From Fimbriimonadia bacterium (GTDB lineage Bacteria; Armatimonadota; Fimbriimonadia; Fimbriimonadales; JABRVX01), in NCBI GenBank assembly GCA_041483895.1, contig JBGPGO010000025.1, positions 1 to 42,755 of the forward strand: DNA of 42,755 nucleotides, written 5' to 3'. The translations under genes and the position numbers were made by a program. The notes beneath the pieces are model-generated. The model had not been told where the DNA came from, searched no databases, and worked only from the letters and a program-made list of their open reading frames with translations. Every line of letters begins with the position of its first letter. The stretch's first letter is position 1. Below, in pieces: positions 29,720 through 38,907 of this stretch.

Positions 29720-29875
29720 TGACATCCCTCCACAAACACTTTGTGGAGGGTACCCGGTTGGCGGTCTGCTTGGCATCTGGAGTTCAAATCGGTTTGCAAA
29801 TGCCTGTCCGTTCGCCGCCATCGGTGGGATCCGAAATCCCCAATAACCTTCCACAAATTGTTTGTGGAGGGATGC
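29720..29875. repeat. Array repeat, copy A (156 bp, best preserved)
   Basis: Perfect 16-bp terminal inverted repeat CATCCCTCCACAAACA/TGTTTGTGGAGGGATG, with a palindrome at each end. Confidence 0.95.
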
Positions 29876-29877
29876 AC

Positions 29878-30261
29878 TCATTTTCTTGCGTGTCCAAGTC
29901 TCAATAGGCAAGTTGCGATGATCAATAAAGCAGGAGGCGCCAACGCAAAGGAAATTGGGCTAATCGTTCCTTGCAACAGATCCTGTATCATCCCTAGCAA
30001 TAAAATTGCTGCACTTGGTAAATATCCCACGGCAGCGCCGACATACCCCCAGCGCTTGTTCGCCAATACTCCTGGGATGCAACAAACCGCGAAAATTAAT
30101 GGTATTGCCCACGGTATTACGATAGCATCAATGCTAAAGTCCTGCTTTTGAATCTCGCTTGCTGATTGATAGTTTTCAACAAGCACAGACTTGATCAAAA
30201 GAACCTGTACGACGGCAACGATAACGATCGCAACTGACAACGCATAGTCCCAGCGTTTCAT
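29878..30261 (-). CDS. Hypothetical 4-TM membrane protein (cassette gene 1)
   Basis: Very hydrophobic, AT-rich ORF filling the space between repeats A and B. ATG 9 nt after GGAGGG in copy B; alternative ATG at 30270. Confidence 0.75.
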   Translation of the reverse strand: MKRWDYALSVAIVIVAVVQVLLIKSVLVENYQSASEIQKQDFSIDAIVIPWAIPLIFAVCCIPGVLANKRWGYVGAAVGYLPSAAILLLGMIQDLLQGTISPISFALAPPALLIIATCLLRLGHARK

Positions 30262-30264
30262 GTC

Positions 30265-30420
30265 TGACATCCCTCCACAAACACTTTGTGGAGGGTACCC
30301 GGTTGGCGGTCTGCTTGGCTTCTAGAGCTCCGATCGGGTTGCAAATGCCTGTCCGTTCGCCGCCATCGGTGGGATCCGAACACCCCGATAACTCACCACA
30401 AATTGTTTGTCGAGCGATGC
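30265..30420. repeat. Array repeat, copy B (156 bp)
   Basis: First 55 nt identical to copy A; about 14 substitutions overall by manual count. Confidence 0.95.
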
Positions 30421-30500
30421 CAAGTGGCCAGCACGATACGCGGACCTTGGTGGGTGGTGAATCGAGGGCATTCGGTAAGACGGTCCGCGTCTACGGAGAG

Positions 30501-31538
30501 TTACGGTTGAACGCCGTGGCCGGATGTGATGGTGGAGAGATCGAGGGTGGGGCCGGTCTGGGCGTAGCCGCCACGCAATGGATGCTCCGCCATGAACAGC
30601 GGTGTGTCCAGGTCGACAAAATCGAAACCGCCGAGGCCGGCAGCGAAACAGGCGGAGGTGGACATGGCAAGTTCCGTCTCCAACATCCCGCCAATCATCA
30701 GACCCAGACCGAGGCGGCGGCACAGCGCGGCCACGTCCAGCGCTTCCACAATCCCCATCTTCATCAACTTGATATTGACGACATCGGCGGCCTTGCCGGC
30801 AAAGAGCCGCAACACATCCGCGCAATCGCAGGCGCTCTCATCCGCAGCGATCGGGATACCCGTCTTTTCGCGTATCTCGCGCAGTCCATCCAGATCATCA
30901 CGCGGGACCGGCTGCTCGAACAGGATGATGCCCGAGCGGTGGTCGGCGAAGAGATCGATGGCGGCGTTGACGGTTAGGCCGGCGTTTCCATCGAGCATCA
31001 GTTCGGCGGTCGGCGCGGCCTCGCAAACCGCATGAAGACAAACGGCATCCCGTGGCGAACCGACCTTCAGCTTGATGCGCGAAAAGCCCATCGCAACCGC
31101 ACGCGTCGCCGCCTCTCCCGCTGACTGTGGATCACAGATCGGAATCGTGATGTCCGACTCCAACGAGGTGAGCATGCCGCCGAAAAACGACCACATGGGA
31201 AGACCGATGCTGCGGCACAGCGCGTCCAGCATCGCCGTCTCAGCGGCGCACAATGCCGACTTCATCGACGACGGCAAATCGGAAGAAACTCGACGCCACT
31301 GCCGCACATCCGCGCCGATCAAGCCCGCCCGCATTTCATTCAACGCCATGCGCGCATCCGACAATGTTTCGCCATTGAAAACCGGAAGCGGCGCGGCCTC
31401 GCCATATCCGCGTGTGCCGTCTTTCAAAACTATGGTGACGAGCAGATTGTCCATCGAGTCATTTGAGCCGCGCGAAATACCAAACGGCTGCGTCAGCGGG
31501 ACATACAATGGTTCGATGAGCAGATCGACAATCTTCAT
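30501..31538 (-). CDS. Dipeptide epimerase (L-Ala-D/L-Glu epimerase-like, enolase superfamily)
   Basis: GYGEAAP, IKLKVG, LDGNAG, FEQP, AADES, NIKLMK and VDLD motifs. ATGA overlap with the ALDH stop. Confidence 0.9.
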   Translation of the reverse strand: MKIVDLLIEPLYVPLTQPFGISRGSNDSMDNLLVTIVLKDGTRGYGEAAPLPVFNGETLSDARMALNEMRAGLIGADVRQWRRVSSDLPSSMKSALCAAETAMLDALCRSIGLPMWSFFGGMLTSLESDITIPICDPQSAGEAATRAVAMGFSRIKLKVGSPRDAVCLHAVCEAAPTAELMLDGNAGLTVNAAIDLFADHRSGIILFEQPVPRDDLDGLREIREKTGIPIAADESACDCADVLRLFAGKAADVVNIKLMKMGIVEALDVAALCRRLGLGLMIGGMLETELAMSTSACFAAGLGGFDFVDLDTPLFMAEHPLRGGYAQTGPTLDLSTITSGHGVQP

Positions 31539-32953
31539 CCGCGCAGCACGATCAGCTTCTCTTGCGTCATGTCGTGCACGCTGGACGGCACGCCGCCCAT
31601 GCCCAACCCGGACGGACCTCGACCGCCAAACGGCATCCAATCCACGCGGAATGCGGTGTGGTCATTAATCATGACGGCGGAGGCATTCAACCCTCGCGCC
31701 GCGACCATCGCCCGCTCCACGTCCCGCGTCATGATCGAAGACTGGAAACCACCCTCGACGGAGTTGCAAAGGCCAATCGCCTCGTCCAACGTCTCATACC
31801 CGCAAACGCAGACCGCAGGCCCAAAAAGCTCTTGCGTCATCATCTTGGAATCGAGCGGAGGGTCCACAATCACGGTCGGTTCATAGCAGTGGTTGTCCAG
31901 CATTCGCCCCCCGCAAGCCACATGAGCAGCCACCTCGGTAATCCAGTCATGAATTCGCTGCCGCGCCGTGTCGTCAATGATGGGACCGACCTCGGTGTCC
32001 AGCAAGGACGGATCGCCGACCCGCAGCGCCTTGGCTCCCGCCACCAGCCGGGAAACCAGATCATCCTTGATGGAGCGTTGGGCGAAGATCCGCTGCACGC
32101 TCACGCAGACCTGGCCGGCGTGATAAAAACCGCCCTTCAAGACCTGCGGAACGGCCTTTTCCAAATCCGCCGTCTCGTCCACAATCACCGGCGCCGCCCC
32201 GCCATGCTCTAACGCGCACCGCACGCCGGGCGCCAGCATGGACCGCAGATACCAACCCACCTTGGCGCTGCCGATAAACGAAAGGAATCCGATGTCGGCG
32301 CTGGTCGCCAGCTGCTCCGCAACGTCATGCCTGCACGGAACCGCCATTGCCCATTCTCGTGGCGCGCCCGCCTCATGCAGCATCGAAACAAACTCGGCGC
32401 ATGAGAGCGGGGTGCGGGTATCCGGCTTGACAAGCACCGGGCATCCCGCGGCAAATGCCGGACCCGCTTGGTGGGCGATCAGATTCAATGGATGGTTGAA
32501 GGCGCTGATCGCCGCAACGCCCCCAATCGGCTCACGGGTCGTAAACGCCAAACGGCCCTCCGCCGCTTTGGAGCCGGCCATCGGGATCTCCTCGCCATGA
32601 ATGCGGGTCGCCTCCTCGGCGCACAATCGTACTGTGTTGGCGGCGCGGACCACCTCGGCTCTGGCGTACGTCAACGGCTTGCCTCCTTCAAGCGCGATCA
32701 GCGCGGCAAGCTCATCCGTGCGGGCGGCAATCCGATCGGCGAGGCGAATCAGAATGGCAGCTCGTTCGTATCCCGGCAGCCAGGCATTGCGATCGCGAAA
32801 CGCCCCCGACGCGACGGAAATCGCCCGCGCCATGCCGGCCCCGCCTGCCAGTTGAACGCGGCCCACCGGTTCACCGCTGTAGGGTGACCGAACATCGCTC
32901 CATTCCGCGCCCGTAGCGTCGCCGCCCGGGACATCGAGGGAATACTCTCTCAT
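31535..32953 (-). CDS. Aldehyde dehydrogenase family protein
   Basis: ISAFNHP, SFIGS, LEHGG, catalytic AGQVCVS, ELFGP and MPFGG motifs. Confidence 0.93.
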   Translation of the reverse strand: MREYSLDVPGGDATGAEWSDVRSPYSGEPVGRVQLAGGAGMARAISVASGAFRDRNAWLPGYERAAILIRLADRIAARTDELAALIALEGGKPLTYARAEVVRAANTVRLCAEEATRIHGEEIPMAGSKAAEGRLAFTTREPIGGVAAISAFNHPLNLIAHQAGPAFAAGCPVLVKPDTRTPLSCAEFVSMLHEAGAPREWAMAVPCRHDVAEQLATSADIGFLSFIGSAKVGWYLRSMLAPGVRCALEHGGAAPVIVDETADLEKAVPQVLKGGFYHAGQVCVSVQRIFAQRSIKDDLVSRLVAGAKALRVGDPSLLDTEVGPIIDDTARQRIHDWITEVAAHVACGGRMLDNHCYEPTVIVDPPLDSKMMTQELFGPAVCVCGYETLDEAIGLCNSVEGGFQSSIMTRDVERAMVAARGLNASAVMINDHTAFRVDWMPFGGRGPSGLGMGGVPSSVHDMTQEKLIVLRG

Positions 32954-33031
32954 CGATCCTTCGATTCTACAAATCTCGCCCGAAACCTCTCGCCCGGAGC
33001 GCCTCCGTTGCGCCATACTCTACCGGAACCT

Positions 33032-34417
33032 ATGAAGATCAAATTCGGCACCGAGGGATGGCGCGGGGTAATCGCCGATGACTTCACCGTCGCCAACGTT
33101 GAGATCGTGACCGCGGCGACGGCGCGCTATCTGCTGCAGTCCAAGCCGCCGGGAAAAGCGGTCGTCGTCGGCCACGACTGCCGGATGATGTCCGAGCTGT
33201 TTGCCGACACCTGCGCCCGCGTGCTCAACAGTTTTGGCTTCGATGTCCTCATCAACGATCTGCCGACCTCGACCCCGGCCCTGTCGTGCGGCGTGATCGC
33301 ACATGAGGCGCAAGGCGGCTGTGTCTTTACGGCAAGCCATAACCCAGGCATCTTCCACGGGATCAAATACAAGCCCTATTACGGCGGCGCGGCCCTCACC
33401 GAGATCACCAACGCCATCGAAAAGTTTCTCTATGAAGGCGATCCGACCGGGAGCGGTTCGGGGAAAAAGACCGTCATCGATTTCGTCCCCGGCTACTTCG
33501 ACCGGCTGGCGGAAACGGTCGATCTTGCGGAACTTCAGTCGTCCGGCATCCGGCTGGCAACGGATGCGATGCACGGGTCGGGCGCGGGCTATTTCCGCCG
33601 ACTGCTCAATCGGATGGAGGTCACTTCCATTCGGGAGGAACGCAATCCGATCTTCCCCGGCATGAACCCGGAGCCGATTGCGGACAACATCGGACCGCTT
33701 TTTGAGGCCACGAAAGGCAATAACCTCGGCATCGCGCTGGACGGCGACGCGGACCGGTTGGGTGCGGTGGATGAGAACGGCAATTTCGTTGACAGCCACC
33801 GTATTTTCGCCGTTACATTCAAGCACCTCGTCGAGCGGAGGCACTTGCCGGGCGACGTGGTGAAGACATTGACAACAACGCGGATGATCGATAAGCTGGC
33901 GGCGGGCTATGGCCGCAAGTGCTACGTCACTCCCGTCGGCTTCAAGTTCATCGTGGAGAAGATGCTCGCGGGCGGGATTTTGATGGGCGGCGAAGAATCG
34001 GGCGGCATCGGAGTGACGCAAAACATGCCGGAACGCGATGCGATTCTGATGGGGCTGTTGCTGCTCGAAGCCGTGGTGATGAGCGGCAAGACCCTCGGCG
34101 GTCTGGTGCAAGAGGTTTTTGACGACGTTGGCCCGCACTGCTATCATCGCATAGACGCTCATTTCCGCCGGGATCAAATGACCAAGCTCACGGACGTCGT
34201 AGCCGGGCTGGCCCCATCCGACGTGCACGGTTTCGGCGTCACGGAGACAAACCGAACCGATGGTGTTCTGTTCGAATTGGAAGGCGGACGTTTCCTGATG
34301 CTGCGGGGATCCGGCACCGAACCGGTCGTACGAATCTACGCGGAGGCCGAATCGATGGATGCCGCGGAGAAGATCGCGTCGGTGGGCGAAATGATGCTCC
34401 GCGACGCCATCGACTGA
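33032..34417 (+). CDS. Phosphoglucomutase/phosphomannomutase family protein
   Basis: IKFGTEGWRG, TASHNP, DGDADR, GGEESGG and RGSGTEP motifs. Confidence 0.95.
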   Translation: MKIKFGTEGWRGVIADDFTVANVEIVTAATARYLLQSKPPGKAVVVGHDCRMMSELFADTCARVLNSFGFDVLINDLPTSTPALSCGVIAHEAQGGCVFTASHNPGIFHGIKYKPYYGGAALTEITNAIEKFLYEGDPTGSGSGKKTVIDFVPGYFDRLAETVDLAELQSSGIRLATDAMHGSGAGYFRRLLNRMEVTSIREERNPIFPGMNPEPIADNIGPLFEATKGNNLGIALDGDADRLGAVDENGNFVDSHRIFAVTFKHLVERRHLPGDVVKTLTTTRMIDKLAAGYGRKCYVTPVGFKFIVEKMLAGGILMGGEESGGIGVTQNMPERDAILMGLLLLEAVVMSGKTLGGLVQEVFDDVGPHCYHRIDAHFRRDQMTKLTDVVAGLAPSDVHGFGVTETNRTDGVLFELEGGRFLMLRGSGTEPVVRIYAEAESMDAAEKIASVGEMMLRDAID

Positions 34418-34418
34418 G

Positions 34419-35429
34419 GTGGAGGTCGTTGCCCTTTCCCGCAAGCATGTCCCCGATCTGGCTACCGAGTGGGCGGCACACCACGCCAACCTTTGCCGCA
34501 GGGATCCCAGACTTGCCACTCCTCCAAGACAGTTCTTCGCCGACGCCATAAGCCATGCCATCGAATCGGCCGGCCTTGCCTTTGGCGTCCGCGATGCGAT
34601 GGGATGGCGCGTGCTGGCGACCGGGACCCACTATCTGCTCCGTGAAGAAGAGCCGGCGCAAGAGATCATTTTTCGCAACAATGTCACGTGGTGCATACAG
34701 TTGCTGAGGTCTTGGGACGGGCTGGATGCGCCTTCGCTTATGGATGCTTTGCACAGAGTGGCACATGATCTGAAGATTGAGATGATGTATGCATCCGTTC
34801 CATCGGTGGACGCCGAATCGATCGCATTGCTTGCGCGCAATGGATTCGATCCGGCCTACTGCCACTGCGTCCTTGCGGCAACGTTTCCGGAGCCACCTAG
34901 TCCCCCTGCGGGAGTCTCCCTCCACATCGCTTATACAGGCGAGGGACAAAAAGTTATCGACGGACACATGGAGGAACTGGACTATCATGCTATGTGCGCG
35001 CCGTCGCAACGGACCGACTATACGGGCAGGTACGAGCGGCAGCTGGCTGGTTGCGAGGATGTGATTGCCGACCCGGACGGAATCTCCATGTATGCCTCGG
35101 TCGGGGGCGAGGTCGTGGCGGTGGCAGATGGCAGAGTCGGACCCTCGTTCCAACGACCCTCGCATCTGCTGCCCGAAGCAACGATCGGCTTTATCCGTTC
35201 GGTGGGAACGAGGTCTGATTGGCAACGGCGCGGCGTCGGCAAATCCCTCTCTCTCGCCCTTGCATACCATCTTCAGAATATGGGAGCGCGGCGGCTGGAG
35301 TTGGTCTACTGTCCGTGGAACCCGCTTTCTTCCCGCTTCTGGCCTTCGCTGGGCTTTCAACCGGCCGTGCATGGATTTTGCATGCGGCCAAATAAGGGGA
35401 TCCCCGAAGAGACCGGGGATCCCCGATAG
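34419..35429 (+). CDS. GNAT family acetyltransferase (probably tandem GNAT domains)
   Basis: Acetyl-CoA motif VGTRSDWQRRGVGK and C-terminal N..SSRFWPSLGF. Degenerate N-terminal GNAT ending in ARNGF. Confidence 0.8.
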   Translation: MEVVALSRKHVPDLATEWAAHHANLCRRDPRLATPPRQFFADAISHAIESAGLAFGVRDAMGWRVLATGTHYLLREEEPAQEIIFRNNVTWCIQLLRSWDGLDAPSLMDALHRVAHDLKIEMMYASVPSVDAESIALLARNGFDPAYCHCVLAATFPEPPSPPAGVSLHIAYTGEGQKVIDGHMEELDYHAMCAPSQRTDYTGRYERQLAGCEDVIADPDGISMYASVGGEVVAVADGRVGPSFQRPSHLLPEATIGFIRSVGTRSDWQRRGVGKSLSLALAYHLQNMGARRLELVYCPWNPLSSRFWPSLGFQPAVHGFCMRPNKGIPEETGDPR

Positions 35430-35446
35430 AGGTCATTGACGGTACG

Positions 35447-36892
35447 CTATTTTTTGATTGGGCTGGTTTTGATTTGCCCAGTCATCGGGTTGCCGGGCCG
35501 ACTGCCCTGCATGTAGATCGACGTGGATTTCCCAGACACAACGATCAACTGTCCATCATCGTTGAAGCTGCATGGTGAGTGAATCGATCCGCCCACAAAG
35601 ATAGGGTAGTTCGCGCGGACGTTCAGATTCGAATCCAGCGAATACAGGAAGCCCTGCTCGTTTCCGATATACAGGTTGCCGCTTTTGTCGATGATCGGCG
35701 TCGTGCGAAGCTGGCCAAGATCGGATCGGGACGCTTGGATCGCGAGCGTCGTCGAATTGATCTTGTATAAGGTACTGCCGCTAACGCCGAGAGTTACGAC
35801 ATAACAGCTGCTAACGGTCGTGTTAACCGCGGGACCGCCAACGATGGACCCGTTCAGCGCGACGTTGACAACGTTCGCCGAGTTGCCGTTCTTCGGGACC
35901 TTGTACAGCTTGTTCCCAATCCTGCCGGTCGTGGCATTTTGGGATGTGCCGATCAAGAGATCTCCGGTGCCATTCAGGGCGATAGGACCGTCGAACGATT
36001 CCTCGAACCCGAGCTGCCACGTGATAGCGCCGCTCGCGATGGTAAAGTCCGTCACGACGCCATAGTGACCGGCGAGAAATAGCTCCGTACCGGACGTACT
36101 AATAGCCGGGGTGGCCGATGTGTACATCGTCGTAAACGTCGGCATCGTCGGCAGAGTGCCGCCGCCCCAATAGCTTCGGAAGCTGGACTTCAACGTCGTT
36201 CCGTCCCAGTTCATATGGATGTATTGCAAGGAGACGTCGCCAAAAATGTCGACAAACAGGAATCCCGTCACCTTTACCGGCTTGGGGGTCGTGCAATTCG
36301 GATCGGCAATGGCGTTGATGCTGTTTATGGGTATTGCGATAGGAGCAATCGATCTCCAGCCGCCACCCGCGAAAACCAAAGTGATCCGAAAAAACGGGAC
36401 GCTGATATAGAACTTGCCGTAGCCGGCCCACCCCTGAGCGCCGATGTAAAAACCGTTCGGATCAGTACCAAGTGGAGGGGGGACAGGCGGGTAGGAGCAA
36501 GTTCCGCAATTCACCATTGGATCGCAGATCAGCCCGGTAGTGTCCTTCAGTTCGACGAGAATTTTGTCAAAATTCGTCAGCGTCGAAACATTGCCCGGAG
36601 TTGTGTTGATCAGGAGTGACGCAAAGCCGGCCGGCGAATAGTCTATCAAGAGCGGACCTTGGGGAACATAGAAGTCGCCTCCGTCCGTCGTCGGCGCGTC
36701 GGTGCCGCCGATCCCTATCCATCGGACCAACAACGACGGATTCGCCGGTCCGTCCACATTGGACTTATGCTGGTTTTGCCAATTGTTGCCGGATTTTGGC
36801 CACGCCGTGGTGGGAAGGACCGCTGCTTGGCAAAAGCCAAAGCCGCATGCGGTCAGCAATGCAAGAATTGAGATAAGAGAACGTACGATCAT
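35447..36892 (-). CDS. Secreted PQQ-like beta-propeller repeat protein
   Basis: Signal peptide, WPKSG.N.QN motif, and repeats such as TTPIIDKSGNLYIGNEQGFLYSLD. Confidence 0.75.
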   Translation of the reverse strand: MIVRSLISILALLTACGFGFCQAAVLPTTAWPKSGNNWQNQHKSNVDGPANPSLLVRWIGIGGTDAPTTDGGDFYVPQGPLLIDYSPAGFASLLINTTPGNVSTLTNFDKILVELKDTTGLICDPMVNCGTCSYPPVPPPLGTDPNGFYIGAQGWAGYGKFYISVPFFRITLVFAGGGWRSIAPIAIPINSINAIADPNCTTPKPVKVTGFLFVDIFGDVSLQYIHMNWDGTTLKSSFRSYWGGGTLPTMPTFTTMYTSATPAISTSGTELFLAGHYGVVTDFTIASGAITWQLGFEESFDGPIALNGTGDLLIGTSQNATTGRIGNKLYKVPKNGNSANVVNVALNGSIVGGPAVNTTVSSCYVVTLGVSGSTLYKINSTTLAIQASRSDLGQLRTTPIIDKSGNLYIGNEQGFLYSLDSNLNVRANYPIFVGGSIHSPCSFNDDGQLIVVSGKSTSIYMQGSRPGNPMTGQIKTSPIKK

Positions 36893-37002
36893 AGCTTTTG
36901 ACCTCCGAACGCAATTATAACCTGATAAAGAGACATTTGTGGCCTTCGAACGTTAGAAGATTGGCGGAACGTTTGGTTTCGACGAACCTGCGAGCCTTGA
37001 AA

Positions 37003-37599
37003 TCACTCTTTCTTTGGAATAGGCGGTCGAAGCGCACCTTTCGCCACATGGACGATGTCCCCTTCGGACAGCAGGAAGTTCACCGGCGCATCCACCCCCT
37101 GGATCAACGTATCCGAGGAAAAATCGTAGGTATCGGACAGATTCGGCCCGAATGGAGTGGGCCGCTCGACCCGAATTGGCTCCTTGTCCGATTTCGGAGC
37201 CCATCCGGCGGCTCGAAGAGCCTCTCCAAGAGTGAGGCCCACCTCGAAATGCAGCGGCACGACGTTCGTACCCGACTGAACCGTAATGAACCGGTTTGGA
37301 TAGGGTGGAATGGTAAGAACGTCGCCGTCCTTCAGAGCATAATTTTGCTCCAGCTTGCCCTTGAAGTACATCCGCGCCAGGTCGATGGGGACCGTCTCCG
37401 CGGAGGATTTCCTCCGAAGGGTTGTCATCCGCAACGACGCGGTGTCCAGTTTCGGACCGCCCGCCATCGATACAGCCTTGAGCACGGTCGATCCCGCCGG
37501 CAGGATATAGTTGCGAGGATTTGACACCTCCCCCAACACGGAAACCGTTATTGTGGACGAAGCCTGGATGGCAGCCGCACAAAGAATCGCGGTCAGCAT
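37003..37599 (-). CDS. Exported SLBB-domain protein (polysaccharide-export/Wza-like domain)
   Basis: VSVLGEVSNP...VLKAVSMAGG...LKDGDVLTIP, with a second degenerate SLBB ending LSEGDIVHV. Confidence 0.8.
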   Translation of the reverse strand: MLTAILCAAAIQASSTITVSVLGEVSNPRNYILPAGSTVLKAVSMAGGPKLDTASLRMTTLRRKSSAETVPIDLARMYFKGKLEQNYALKDGDVLTIPPYPNRFITVQSGTNVVPLHFEVGLTLGEALRAAGWAPKSDKEPIRVERPTPFGPNLSDTYDFSSDTLIQGVDAPVNFLLSEGDIVHVAKGALRPPIPKKE

Positions 37600-37635
37600 A
37601 GTGCCAGATTACCCGGTTTGGCAGGTACGAATACG

Positions 37636-38514
37636 CTATTTAGAGAGCATATCGCGAAGCTGCCGCCTGCGGGCAAGATGCCGCAGCTTCTTGAGCGCCT
37701 GCATCTCAATCTGACGGACGCGTTCTCGGGAAAGCTGCAACTCGCGCCCAATCTCCTGAAGAACGTGGGCCTCGCCCTGCTCTTCGAGCCCCAATCGCCG
37801 TCGCATCACTTCCAGCTCCCGGTCGGTCAGCTCTTTCATGATGTCGCTCAGCTCCCGCAGCAGCTCAGCGGTCAGAAGGGCCTGCTCCGGATTGGCGGAC
37901 TGCGTATCGTGGATCATAGCCCCCAATGTCGTGTTGTCGTCATCGCCGACCATCATGTCCAACGACAACGGCTCCTGGGACGACTGAAGGAGGTGAATAA
38001 TCTTCTTGGCGCTGATTCCGAGCAGCTCGGCCAATTGCTGGACGGTTGGTTCCGAACCGGCCTCTCTTCGAATTCGTATCCGTTCCTTGTCTAGGCGGCG
38101 AAGCGTCTCAGACACGTGGGCCGGCAGCCGGATCGCCTTGGCCTTGTTGTCGATAGCCCGCCCGATGGCCTGGCGAATCCAGTGTGTAGCATAGGTGCTA
38201 AATCGATATCCCTTCGCCGGCTCGAAGCGCGCGATGGCGTTCATGAGGCCAATCGCGCCCTCCTGTACCAGGTCCTCGAAAGGAACCATACGGTTTCGGT
38301 AATGCTTGGCGATGTTGACAACGAGGCGCATGTTGGCCTCTACCAATTTCCGGCGAGACTCTTCGCAGCCTTGGCTGGCTTTCAGCGTTAGCTCCTGTTC
38401 TTCAGCCGGAGTAAGCAGATCCGTCTGCGTCAATCGGTTCAGATAAGACGGTAACGAGTCATCATTTACCTCATGCGCTACGGTCTGCTTGTTCGCCCAT
38501 CGATCTTGTGCCAT
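37636..38514 (-). CDS. Sigma-70 family RNA polymerase sigma factor (RpoD/RpoS-like, lacking region 1.1)
   Basis: ANMRLVVNIAK, DLVQEGAIGL, RFSTYATHWIRQAI, IRLPAH and LSRERVRQIE motifs. Confidence 0.95.
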   Translation of the reverse strand: MAQDRWANKQTVAHEVNDDSLPSYLNRLTQTDLLTPAEEQELTLKASQGCEESRRKLVEANMRLVVNIAKHYRNRMVPFEDLVQEGAIGLMNAIARFEPAKGYRFSTYATHWIRQAIGRAIDNKAKAIRLPAHVSETLRRLDKERIRIRREAGSEPTVQQLAELLGISAKKIIHLLQSSQEPLSLDMMVGDDDNTTLGAMIHDTQSANPEQALLTAELLRELSDIMKELTDRELEVMRRRLGLEEQGEAHVLQEIGRELQLSRERVRQIEMQALKKLRHLARRRQLRDMLSK

Positions 38515-38907
38515 GGTCGAACCCTTTCCCCTTTACCAACGAGTGTGCGGTTGCAATCCGCTTCAGCAAAAAATTCGTGTGCAAAAACAATATGAGTGCT
38601 TGCTACATTCGGGGCGACGACGACGAATCCTGCGGAATCGTCCCAATTGGGGGCGACTTTCCCGAAAGTGCAACCCACTATACACAGCCTGATTCACCAA
38701 AGACACGGATGAACCACCTGATCTAACGCACAAACCAGGCCATTTGATACAAATCTCGAACAATTACGGGGCATTCTCCACCAATTATGTCAATGCCCTG
38801 CGGATGTTGAGCGTTCGAGGATAAGACCTTCTCTCGCGTTCTCGGTAACCAGAATGCCTTCCGATGCTGTATAATATGTGTGCTGTACGTCAACAGGAGG
38901 TCAAGGC

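Noticed and set aside
26798..30420. Classical integron attC sites or CRISPR repeats
   Set aside because: No RYYYAAC/GTTRRRY ends on the coding strand and no intI in the window. The repeats are ~150 bp and separated by whole genes, unlike CRISPR.
28457..30510. Short similar ORFs overlapping the repeats (e.g. 29741-30151, 30286-30510, 29696-29911, 28457-28672)
   Set aside because: Their similarity comes from the DNA repeat. The frames are not preserved between copies (copy C has a ~10-bp deletion).
33020..34561. 513-aa minus-strand ORF
   Set aside because: Antisense shadow of the PGM/PMM gene.
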